Assembly (NCBI GenBank): GCA_037139095.1
Contig: JBAXHD010000008.1
Span: forward strand, 16,781 to 80,780
Length of the DNA: 64,000 nt
DNA from: Actinomycetota bacterium
Lineage (GTDB): Bacteria; Actinomycetota; Acidimicrobiia; Acidimicrobiales; Ilumatobacteraceae
Direction: 5' to 3'
Shown here piece after piece: positions 48,029 to 56,188 of the stretch. The number at the start of each line of letters is the position of its first letter. Position 1 is the stretch's first letter. The position numbers were made by a program, and so were the translations under genes. The notes under the pieces are model-generated. The model worked only from the letters and a program-made list of their open reading frames with translations, searched no databases and was not told the origin of the DNA.

Positions 48029-48927
48029 AGCTCCCTCAGCAACTCAATTCGCTCTTCGAGCGGGGGGTGGGTATCGAACATCCGGTGGAAACGACTTGGC
48101 TTGCCCTCGCCCTTCATGCCCGACATGGGTTGCTCAATCCACATATGTGCAGTAGCTGTTGAGGCCGATCGAACCTCGGTGGAATCGTCGCGAAGCTTTT
48201 CTAGCGCAGAAATCAACCCCGGTGGGTAACGCGTCATCTGACATGCCGATATGTCGGCCAGTGTCTCTCGTCGACGGCTCACGGCGGCCTGCATTGCCTT
48301 GGCGATCAGCGGAGCAAAGATGATCAACACGATGCCGACGATGGCCAGCGGGCCGCTTGAGTTGTTGTCGTCTGAGCGTCGGCTGCGAGCGCCACCCCAC
48401 CACAGCATGCGAATGGCCATGTCGGTGAGCAACGCAATGGTTCCCACAAGTGTGACCGCCAACGTGGACACCAGAATGTCGTAGTTGCGAATGTGTGAGA
48501 GTTCGTGAGCGAGAACACCTTCGAGCTCTACGCGGTTCATCTTCTCGAGCAGACCAGTGGTCACGGCGATTGCAGCGTGCTTTGGGTCGCGTCCCGTAGC
48601 GAAGGCGTTTGGCGACGGATCGTTCACGATGTAAACGCCTGGCTTTGGTAAGCCGCTTGCGATGCATAGCCCTTCGACCAAGTTGTGGAGTCGGCGATAC
48701 TCCTCGGGATCGGCGGGCACCGCACGACTGAGCCGCAACGCTATTGCGTCTGCTTTCCAGTACGAGACGGCGGCGGTGGCACCAGAAAAGACAAGAGCGA
48801 AAAGTGTGCCGGCGATGCCATAGCCCACCAGCACGCCAACCGCAGCGCCCACGGCGCACAGCAGCACAACAAATGAGGCGATGAGCGCGACGCTTCGGCG
48901 CTTATTAGAACGGATCAGATCGAACAT
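48025..48927 (-). CDS. htpX: Zinc metalloprotease HtpX (M48)
   Basis: 300 aa. TM segments and HELSHIRN. ATGA overlap with the downstream DUF3048 gene. Confidence 0.9.
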   Translation of the reverse strand: MFDLIRSNKRRSVALIASFVVLLCAVGAAVGVLVGYGIAGTLFALVFSGATAAVSYWKADAIALRLSRAVPADPEEYRRLHNLVEGLCIASGLPKPGVYIVNDPSPNAFATGRDPKHAAIAVTTGLLEKMNRVELEGVLAHELSHIRNYDILVSTLAVTLVGTIALLTDMAIRMLWWGGARSRRSDDNNSSGPLAIVGIVLIIFAPLIAKAMQAAVSRRRETLADISACQMTRYPPGLISALEKLRDDSTEVRSASTATAHMWIEQPMSGMKGEGKPSRFHRMFDTHPPLEERIELLREL

Positions 48928-48972
48928 GGTGAGTCGCAGGCTAGAGGCCGCAGGCCCCGAACCGGGGGAAGG

Positions 48973-49527
48973 TCAGAACTGCACCTTGGGGACTTCGCGA
49001 GCGGCTGGCTCAGCTTCGAAAAACTCACGACGCGTGAAGCTCATCATCTTGGCGAAGATCAGGGTGGGGAAAGTCTGCAGCGAGTTGTTGTAGGCCAACA
49101 CCGAGTCGTTGTAGAACTGGCGGGCATAGGCGACACGGCCCTCGGTAGCGGTGAGCTCTTCTTGCAGCGCTAAGAAGTTTTGGTTTGCCTTCAGATCGGG
49201 ATAGGCCTCGCTGAGTGCAAACAACTGACGCAGCGCACCCGTGAGCATGTTGTCGGCTTGCGCCTGAGCCGCCGGGTTCGCAGGCGCAGCCATTGCTGAG
49301 TTGCGAGCCTTGATGACAGCGTCGAGAGTTTCCTTTTCGTGGGTTGCGTAGCCCTTGACCGTTTCGACCAGATTGGGAATGAGGTCGATACGGCGCTTGA
49401 GCTGAACGTCGATCTGCGACCAAGCGTTCTCTACGGTGTTGCGCCGACGAACGAGTCCGTTGTACAGCACAATGCCGAAGATCACGAGCAGGGCGATCAG
49501 GCCGATCACGATCAGTAGAGCGGTCAT
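48973..49527 (-). CDS. lemA: LemA family protein
   Basis: 184 aa. N-terminal TM followed by YNGLVRRRN..ENAWSQIDVQLKRR, typical of LemA. Confidence 0.88.
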   Translation of the reverse strand: MTALLIVIGLIALLVIFGIVLYNGLVRRRNTVENAWSQIDVQLKRRIDLIPNLVETVKGYATHEKETLDAVIKARNSAMAAPANPAAQAQADNMLTGALRQLFALSEAYPDLKANQNFLALQEELTATEGRVAYARQFYNDSVLAYNNSLQTFPTLIFAKMMSFTRREFFEAEPAAREVPKVQF

Positions 49528-49570
49528 GGTTCTCCTTCGTGGGGGTGTATTGCAGCGCAGGCGCTTAGAG

Positions 49571-50761
49571 TTAGTGCATCATACGTTGCACTGCGGCACG
49601 CAGACGTGGCACTGCGCCCAACTGTGCCGGCTGCGCAATCGGCTGCTCACGTGCAAGCCGTTCGTAGATCTCGGCGTAGCGCGTAGCCAACGCCGACATG
49701 CTGAACTGCTCGGCGCGTTGTTGGCCTGCGCATCGGAGTCGGTCGCTGAGTGCGCTGTCGTCAATGACGCGTAGCAGCGCAGCCGCCAGCTCGGCCACGT
49801 CGCCAGGGGCGCACAACAACGAGTCGACCTCGTGCGTTGCAACGTTCATATAGCCGTCAAGCGAACTAGCGACCACGGGCGTACCGGCAGCCATCGCTTC
49901 GAGCAGCACCACGCCGAATGACTCGCCACGCAGCGACGGGGCGCAGAACACCGCCGAGCCTTGTAGGTAGGCCACTTTCTCGTCTTCGGTGATTCGCCCT
50001 ACCCAGTCGATACGGCTGTCGGCCGCGTATTGCTGCTGCAGTCGCTTTGTGTCGGGGCCGTTGCTCGCAATCACAAGACGCACGTTTGCGGGCAGTGACG
50101 TGAAGGCCTCGAGAAGAACGTCGAGTCCCTTGCGATCTTCGTGACGGCCGCAGAAAAAGATGGTTGGGTGCTCAAACGAGTGCGCAGAAGCTTCGCGAAA
50201 ACGATGTAGCTCAACGCCGTTGAACAGCACCTCGTATTCGCCGCCCATGTAGCCCTGAATCAGGGCCAGCGCATCTTTGCTGACCACAACTCGGTGCGAA
50301 ATGTTGTCGGCCAAGCGAGACAGCGGAGCAGTGAGCAACTTGTACGACGTGGACTCCCCTGCTGCGTGAAACGTGCCAACGATGGGTGCTGGATGCAAGA
50401 ACAACGCGGTCTGCGCCGCGCCGGGCGCAAGCGGTTCGTGCACATGGAGCACGTCGAAGTTCTCGTCGTTGAGGAGCTGGATGGTGCGAAACTGAGCACT
50501 CGGATCGGGCGCGATCGGTACGACCGAACCATTCGATGCGGTGGGCAGGCTGTTCCCCACGGGACTCACGAACGTGGCCGGAGGCGGACCGTCGCACGGG
50601 CCGATGACTCGTGCTTCATAACCCATCGAGCGCAGTTCGCGGGCGAGGCCCATCACCTGTGCTTGAACGCCGCCAGGAATGCTGAGGCTGTACGGACACA
50701 CAATGCCAATACGCAGGCCGCGCTGCTGGCGCTGTAACTGGCCCCCGTTGTCCTGCTGCAC
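49571..50761 (-). CDS. pimA: GT4 glycosyltransferase, PimA-like phosphatidylinositol mannosyltransferase
   Basis: LRIGIVCPYSLSIPGGVQAQVMGLAREL closely resembles the mycobacterial PimA N-terminus as I remember it. Has a C-terminal GT1 E(x7)E-type region. The start (GTG 50761) is uncertain. Confidence 0.78.
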   Translation of the reverse strand: MQQDNGGQLQRQQRGLRIGIVCPYSLSIPGGVQAQVMGLARELRSMGYEARVIGPCDGPPPATFVSPVGNSLPTASNGSVVPIAPDPSAQFRTIQLLNDENFDVLHVHEPLAPGAAQTALFLHPAPIVGTFHAAGESTSYKLLTAPLSRLADNISHRVVVSKDALALIQGYMGGEYEVLFNGVELHRFREASAHSFEHPTIFFCGRHEDRKGLDVLLEAFTSLPANVRLVIASNGPDTKRLQQQYAADSRIDWVGRITEDEKVAYLQGSAVFCAPSLRGESFGVVLLEAMAAGTPVVASSLDGYMNVATHEVDSLLCAPGDVAELAAALLRVIDDSALSDRLRCAGQQRAEQFSMSALATRYAEIYERLAREQPIAQPAQLGAVPRLRAAVQRMMH

Positions 50762-50842
50762 GCGCCAGACGTTACCCGCGGATCACCACTTGTGTTTCAG
50801 TCCAGCATTCGGGCCTTGGCCTGCTGCGGCTACCGTCGACAC

Positions 50843-51754
50843 ATGACCTCAACTGTCACCCAACTTCCCGCATTGTCAGTCATCGGCTCAGCCAACAAGC
50901 GCACTGCCATTCTTGAGTTGGCCGCCGAGGCCGAGACCCGCGGCTTCGCAGGCCTGGCATGCCCCGGAGTAGGCGGCAACCTCGCGCTGTGTGGCTCTCT
51001 AGCGCACGTCACGAAGTCGATCCCGTTTTGGTCGTCGATCCAGCCGATTTACCTGTCGCACCCGATGGAGACTGCTGCTACTGCGGCGCACATCGCCGAA
51101 GTGAGCGGTGGCCGATTCCGCCTCGGACTTGGCGTGAGTCATGTGCCGATGCTCGATCGCATTGGCTTGGCCACGGGAAAGCCGTTGTCCGACATGCGCG
51201 ACTACGTCGCTTCTCTTCATGCAGCCGAGCGAGGCGCGGGCGCTCTGCCCCCGATTCTTCTTGCCGCCCTTCGTGATCGAATGCTCGACCTTGCTGTCGA
51301 AATTGGCGACGGCGCGTTATGGGCAAATGCCTCGCTGTCGCACACGCCCACCCAAGTAGCGAGAATTCCTGCAGAGCGACGCAGCGAACTGCAGTTGGCC
51401 AACATGGTTCCCACAGTTATCGACGCCGACCTCAATGCGGCACGCGCCATTCATCGGCGCACACTCGGCGGCTACATCGTGCTTCCGAACTATCGCAACT
51501 ATTGGCGCGTCGCTGGCTACGGCGACGAGATGGATGCAATCGAGGCGGCTCTCGAGCGCGGCGACCGCGATGCTGCAATCGCAGCGATGAGCGACCGGTG
51601 GATCGACGACTGCACCATTAGCGGCGACGCAACCCAGGTGCGTGACCGACTCGCAGCGTGGTACTCAACTGGCGTCACACCGATCGCCGTGATGTCGAGC
51701 ACCACGGGTGGACAAGCCAAGGCCATTCGCGAACTGTTCGACCTCTACAGCTAA
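50843..51754 (+). CDS. LLM-class (luciferase-like) flavin/F420-dependent oxidoreductase
   Basis: Start at Met18 of ORF 50792..51754. Contains GRFRLGLGVSH and a TIM-barrel LLM pattern. Confidence 0.8.
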   Translation: MTSTVTQLPALSVIGSANKRTAILELAAEAETRGFAGLACPGVGGNLALCGSLAHVTKSIPFWSSIQPIYLSHPMETAATAAHIAEVSGGRFRLGLGVSHVPMLDRIGLATGKPLSDMRDYVASLHAAERGAGALPPILLAALRDRMLDLAVEIGDGALWANASLSHTPTQVARIPAERRSELQLANMVPTVIDADLNAARAIHRRTLGGYIVLPNYRNYWRVAGYGDEMDAIEAALERGDRDAAIAAMSDRWIDDCTISGDATQVRDRLAAWYSTGVTPIAVMSSTTGGQAKAIRELFDLYS

Positions 51755-51757
51755 AGC

Positions 51758-52531
51758 TCAGAACAAACGGTCGGCAGCCGGCGACGCGCTGACGTCGTGT
51801 GTCGCTGGCGAGCTATCGGTGTCGGCTGGCGCAATTAGTTCGGCGCCTTTGTTGCGAACGCTGTTCACTGCACTTGAGACCCGATGCATTGCGAGAATGT
51901 CGTTTGCGGCGGGACGCAGCAACTGAGCGAGCTGCTCGGCATCGTCGATCGCTGGGTCGAGCCACTCGTGCCACGCCGACGCCGGAAGAATTGCGGGCAT
52001 GCGATCGTGAACAGTCGACATCGTGTCGTTGGCCGCAGTGGTGATGATGGTGCAGCTGTGTAGCCACGGGCCATTAGTCGGCCCAGCCTTATCTCGCCAC
52101 GCAGTCCACAGCCCAGCAACCGCAAGTAGGTGGCCATCGGATCTATGGATGAACATCGGTTGTTTCACCGGCTTGCCTTTGGCGCTCAAGGCTGCGGCGG
52201 GCGCTGGGGCCTGCCATTCGTAGAACCCATCGATTGGGATGATGCACCGACGCTTGCGCAGTAGTCCTTTGAAGGAGGGCTTCTCATTGAGGGTCTCGGC
52301 ACGGGCGTTGATCATCGACGAACCGATCTTCGTGTCTTTCGCCCAGACGGGCACAAGGCCCCAATGAAAGGCGCGCACGGCTGGCTCTGGGCCGTCTTCG
52401 TTTACTACTGCGTAGACATCGGTGGTTGGCGCCACGTTGTAGTTCACGGGCAAGGGGTCGCCCTCGAACGAAGCGCCAAAGAAATCGGCTATCTGTTGAG
52501 GGGTGCTAGTAGAAACGACACGTCCACACAC
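51758..52531 (-). CDS. SOS response-associated peptidase (SRAP/YedK family)
   Basis: GTG 52531 is followed by Cys-Gly-Arg, giving the invariant (M)CGR N-terminus. Also contains YNVAPT, INARAET and DGFYEW. The longer annotated ORF extension is not needed. Confidence 0.85.
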   Translation of the reverse strand: MCGRVVSTSTPQQIADFFGASFEGDPLPVNYNVAPTTDVYAVVNEDGPEPAVRAFHWGLVPVWAKDTKIGSSMINARAETLNEKPSFKGLLRKRRCIIPIDGFYEWQAPAPAAALSAKGKPVKQPMFIHRSDGHLLAVAGLWTAWRDKAGPTNGPWLHSCTIITTAANDTMSTVHDRMPAILPASAWHEWLDPAIDDAEQLAQLLRPAANDILAMHRVSSAVNSVRNKGAELIAPADTDSSPATHDVSASPAADRLF

Positions 52532-52606
52532 GCTTCGTACCGTATCGGGTGGGTGACGTCGGCTACGTTTCTGACACGCCGTCAGATTTGAGAAGAGGAA
52601 GACGCA

Positions 52607-53779
52607 ATGACAGAACTCGGCTTTTTGCCCTTCGACGCAGACAACCATTACTACGAGGCAACCGACGCCTTTATTCGCCACATCGAGCCATCGATGGCGA
52701 AGCGATGCATGCAGTGGGTTGAGCTCGACGGTCGGCAGCGCTTGCTGGTTGGCGGCGCAATCAACCGGTTCATTCCGAACCCAACGTTTAACCCAGTCTC
52801 CAAGCCAGGCGCACTCGACTTGTACTTCCGCGGCAAGGTCGCTGGTTCAGATCTCAAGTCGATGTTCGGAGAGCTCGATCAGATCAGCCCCACCTACCGC
52901 GACCGTGATGCTCGCCTTGCGCTGATGACCGAGCAAGGGCTCGATGCTGCGTTCTTCTTCCCCACTCTGGGCGTCGGCATGGAAGAGTCGCTGAAGCACG
53001 ACATTCCGGCGTTGACCGCTGCGTTTCGCGCGTTCAACCGCTGGCTCGACGACGATTGGGGCTTCGCCTACAAGAACTCGATTTACGCTGCGCCCTACAT
53101 CACCTTGGCCGACCCGCAGTGGGCGCTCGACGAACTCAACTGGGCAATCGGTCGCGGCGTTCGCATCATCGTGATGCGCACAGCTCCGGTGCCCATCGCC
53201 GGCGGTCTCACCCGCTCCCCCGGCGACACGATGTACGACCCATTTTGGGCGCGTGCTGCCGAGGCTGGCGTCACGGTTGCGTTCCACTCAGGCGACGCTG
53301 GCTACGGCAAGTACATCGACGACTGGGAGCCCGGCGGCGCGTTCGAGGCGTTTAAGTTTTCGGCTCTACGCACCATCACCGGAGACCGCGCACCGTTCGA
53401 CATGTTTGCTGTGCTCGTGTGCCATGGCGTGTTCTCTCGGCACCCCGACCTTCGCTGCGCCAGCATTGAAGCCGGCAGCGAATGGGTGCAGCCCTTGCTC
53501 AAGAAGTTCAAGAAGGCTTACTCGCAGAACCCCTACATGTTCCCCAGCGATCCGATTCAGCAGTTCCGTGATCACGTGTGGGTGGCGCCGTTCTACGAAG
53601 ACGACATCCGTGGACTCGCCGACGCAATCGGTACCGAGCGCGTGTTGTTTGGCAGCGACTATCCGCACGCCGAGGGCCTCGCCGTGCCGGTTGCGTTCAT
53701 CAACGATCTGCACGGGTTCAACGACCAAGAGGTTCGCCTCATCATGCGCGACAACGCACGCGAACTGATCGGAGCCTGA
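52607..53779 (+). CDS. Amidohydrolase-2 family metal-dependent hydrolase
   Basis: 390 aa. A GAGGAAG-like RBS precedes ATG 52607. Has the FDADNHYYE N-terminal motif and FGSDYPHAEG near the C-terminus. Confidence 0.8.
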   Translation: MTELGFLPFDADNHYYEATDAFIRHIEPSMAKRCMQWVELDGRQRLLVGGAINRFIPNPTFNPVSKPGALDLYFRGKVAGSDLKSMFGELDQISPTYRDRDARLALMTEQGLDAAFFFPTLGVGMEESLKHDIPALTAAFRAFNRWLDDDWGFAYKNSIYAAPYITLADPQWALDELNWAIGRGVRIIVMRTAPVPIAGGLTRSPGDTMYDPFWARAAEAGVTVAFHSGDAGYGKYIDDWEPGGAFEAFKFSALRTITGDRAPFDMFAVLVCHGVFSRHPDLRCASIEAGSEWVQPLLKKFKKAYSQNPYMFPSDPIQQFRDHVWVAPFYEDDIRGLADAIGTERVLFGSDYPHAEGLAVPVAFINDLHGFNDQEVRLIMRDNARELIGA

Positions 53780-53781
53780 TC

Positions 53782-54660
53782 ATGGCCATGCCCGCAGTTG
53801 GTCCCGGCGGCCTCGGCATCATCGAAACGATGATGGGATTCCCCGACCCAGATCCTCGTCATCTGTATGAGTTCTTCCGCCCCAACATCAAAGATGTGGC
53901 CAGCAAAGAGACCATGTTCCCGGTGGAGTACTTGTTTAAGGGCAACGTTCCCGGCGCCATGCCCGAAACCCTCGATCCCATCGAGGTAGCCATCAACACG
54001 ATGGACCATTTCGGTATTGAGCGTTCGCTCATCGGCATCGAGGGCGAGGTTGGGCAAAAGGCGATGCGTCTGCACCCAACGCGTTTCATTCCATCGCTGT
54101 CAGCCGACGGCAACAAAGGCGTCGACGAAGTTCGCAAGATTCGTCGCGCTCACGAAGAGTTCGGGCTGAAGGCCGTAGGCACCTTCCCCGCTGGCTGCCA
54201 TCCGCAGATCCCTATCGATCACGCGCGCTGGTATCCCATCTATTCGGTGTGCGCCGAACTCGGCATCCCCATTTTCATTTGTGCAGGCATTCCCGGGCCA
54301 CGTTTGCCGAGTATGTGTCAGCACGTAGAACTGCTCGACATTGTTTGCTACGACTTCCCTGAGCTCAACATCGTGACCCGCCACGGCTGCGAGCCGTGGA
54401 CCGAGCTGGCCGTGAAACTCATGCTCAAGTGGCCGAACCTGTACTACAGCACCAGCGCTTTTGCGCCGCAGCATTACAACCAGCGCATCATCGATTACGC
54501 CAACACCCGTGGCGCCGACAAGATCATCTACGCCGGCTATTGGCCGATGGGTCTCACTTACGAACGCATCATGGGCGACATGCCCAAGGTTCCGTTTAAA
54601 GATCACGTGTGGCCCAAGTTCTTGCGCGAAAACGCTATGCGGGTGCTCGGCCTCGACTGA
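53782..54660 (+). CDS. Amidohydrolase-2 family protein (second copy)
   Basis: Start at Met69 of ORF 53578..54660, 2 nt after the upstream stop. 292 aa with a TIM-barrel amidohydrolase pattern (VTRHGCEPW, YYSTSAF). Confidence 0.75.
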   Translation: MAMPAVGPGGLGIIETMMGFPDPDPRHLYEFFRPNIKDVASKETMFPVEYLFKGNVPGAMPETLDPIEVAINTMDHFGIERSLIGIEGEVGQKAMRLHPTRFIPSLSADGNKGVDEVRKIRRAHEEFGLKAVGTFPAGCHPQIPIDHARWYPIYSVCAELGIPIFICAGIPGPRLPSMCQHVELLDIVCYDFPELNIVTRHGCEPWTELAVKLMLKWPNLYYSTSAFAPQHYNQRIIDYANTRGADKIIYAGYWPMGLTYERIMGDMPKVPFKDHVWPKFLRENAMRVLGLD

Positions 54661-54685
54661 GGGTTGGAGCGCGCGATATGCGGCG

Positions 54686-56188
54686 CTACCCCACGGCCCA
54701 TGTGTTCACGGCGTATGCGCCGTTGGCGTTGACCTGCACCACTGCATCAGAAGTAACCACTGGCGTGCCCGAGGTGGTCGCGCTCTTGAGACGCAGCACG
54801 AGTTGAGTCACCACTTCAGACACTCCTACCTTGAACTTGGCTGGGCTGTCACCGGGAACCTCGATAGTTCGAGCCAAGACTCCACCGTCGAAGTTGATCG
54901 AATCCTTGACTCCTAGTCCGGCGCCAATCGAGATCAGAAAGCGGCCCTGTGGCACGTCGACATAACCGGGCACCGAGATGGTGGTGGCAGTGCCCTGGGT
55001 GAGATTGACCTCAACGATCGCCGAGTTATCAGGCACTGCAGGAACCAACGTAGAAGGCCGATACTTGTTGAGCGTTGCGGCGCCAAACGTGGTGGCGCCG
55101 GTGGGCGCCAGCGAATAGGGCACGTACAACACGCCCGACTGGTCGAGGTCTTGGATCGAGTTGCTCAGGTTCGAACTCGGGAGCAAGCCATTTACCGACA
55201 TGATGTTCACGGTTGCCGACGGCAAGTTGTTCGTGTCGGTAGAACTCACGTAGCGCTGGTTAAACACCAAGCTGATCGAGTCGGTCGCAGCGCCGGTGTA
55301 CGGCACGGAGTTCTTCACCACGAGGCGTCCGGTCATGCCGAACACAAAGGTTGCTCCGAGTCCGGTGATGTTATGCGTAGCTGGCGCGTTCACTGCGTAG
55401 AACGCAGCGAACTGGTCGGTGGTACAACCATCAACGCCACCGCCCCCGACGACAACATTTGCGTTGTCGGTAATGGTCACCGAGTTTTCGAAGTAATAGA
55501 TGCCTGAGGTGAAATAGACCGGTGTCGATCCAGAGATCACGATGGGGTCAACATAGGTGCCAGGGAAATACACCTTGCAGGCGTCGAACCCGTCGGGCAT
55601 GACGTAGGCAGTGGCCGAACGTGGACTCAGCGCATGCACCGGAAGGTTCTGCGACCATATGGTGTCAATCGTTCGGGTCAGGCTGATTGCGTTGCGCCAT
55701 GCTCGAGTATCGCTTTGCCCCGAACCCGGGTACACCGAGTGAACGTTGGCGGCCGATGGCGTATAGGCCGCCGGGAGCGGCACTCCAACTTGTAGCGAGG
55801 TGGCGCCGTACGGGCGCTTCGTTGCGTCTTCGGAATAGTTCACTGCCATCAGCGCACAGGTCGTTGCTACCGGTACCCGCAACGATGGGCTAGCGAGCGC
55901 TGGGTTGAGGCTCACTCCGGCTTTGTCTTGGTTGCACGCTTTGAAGAGCGCCACCGGGTCAGCAAGAGCAGTGCGCAGGCCACCCTTCACCGCTTCGAGT
56001 CGCTGCGCTTTGTTGTCCACGAGTCGACTCGCCCTGGTAACGGTCACCGCGTAGGTGAGCATTGGGGTAACGATCAATGTCGCCACGATGATGACCACCA
56101 ACGACAAGATCAGCGCAGACCCCTCGTCGCTGTTACCGCACTCACGCGCCAAGCGAAGTGCCTCGAGTCTGCGTCTGACCAGGTTCAT
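54686..56188 (-). CDS. Pilus-associated protein with a pilin-like leader but no Glu5 (500 aa)
   Basis: Start taken at ATG 56188, forming an ATGA overlap with the stop of the 910-aa gene. The longer ORF 54686..56563 would overlap that gene by 379 nt. The leader MNLVRRRLEALRLARECGNSDEG is followed by SALILSLVVIIVATLIVTPML. The remainder is Gly/Thr/Val/Asn-rich, beta-rich and has no TM. Confidence 0.7.
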   Translation of the reverse strand: MNLVRRRLEALRLARECGNSDEGSALILSLVVIIVATLIVTPMLTYAVTVTRASRLVDNKAQRLEAVKGGLRTALADPVALFKACNQDKAGVSLNPALASPSLRVPVATTCALMAVNYSEDATKRPYGATSLQVGVPLPAAYTPSAANVHSVYPGSGQSDTRAWRNAISLTRTIDTIWSQNLPVHALSPRSATAYVMPDGFDACKVYFPGTYVDPIVISGSTPVYFTSGIYYFENSVTITDNANVVVGGGGVDGCTTDQFAAFYAVNAPATHNITGLGATFVFGMTGRLVVKNSVPYTGAATDSISLVFNQRYVSSTDTNNLPSATVNIMSVNGLLPSSNLSNSIQDLDQSGVLYVPYSLAPTGATTFGAATLNKYRPSTLVPAVPDNSAIVEVNLTQGTATTISVPGYVDVPQGRFLISIGAGLGVKDSINFDGGVLARTIEVPGDSPAKFKVGVSEVVTQLVLRLKSATTSGTPVVTSDAVVQVNANGAYAVNTWAVG

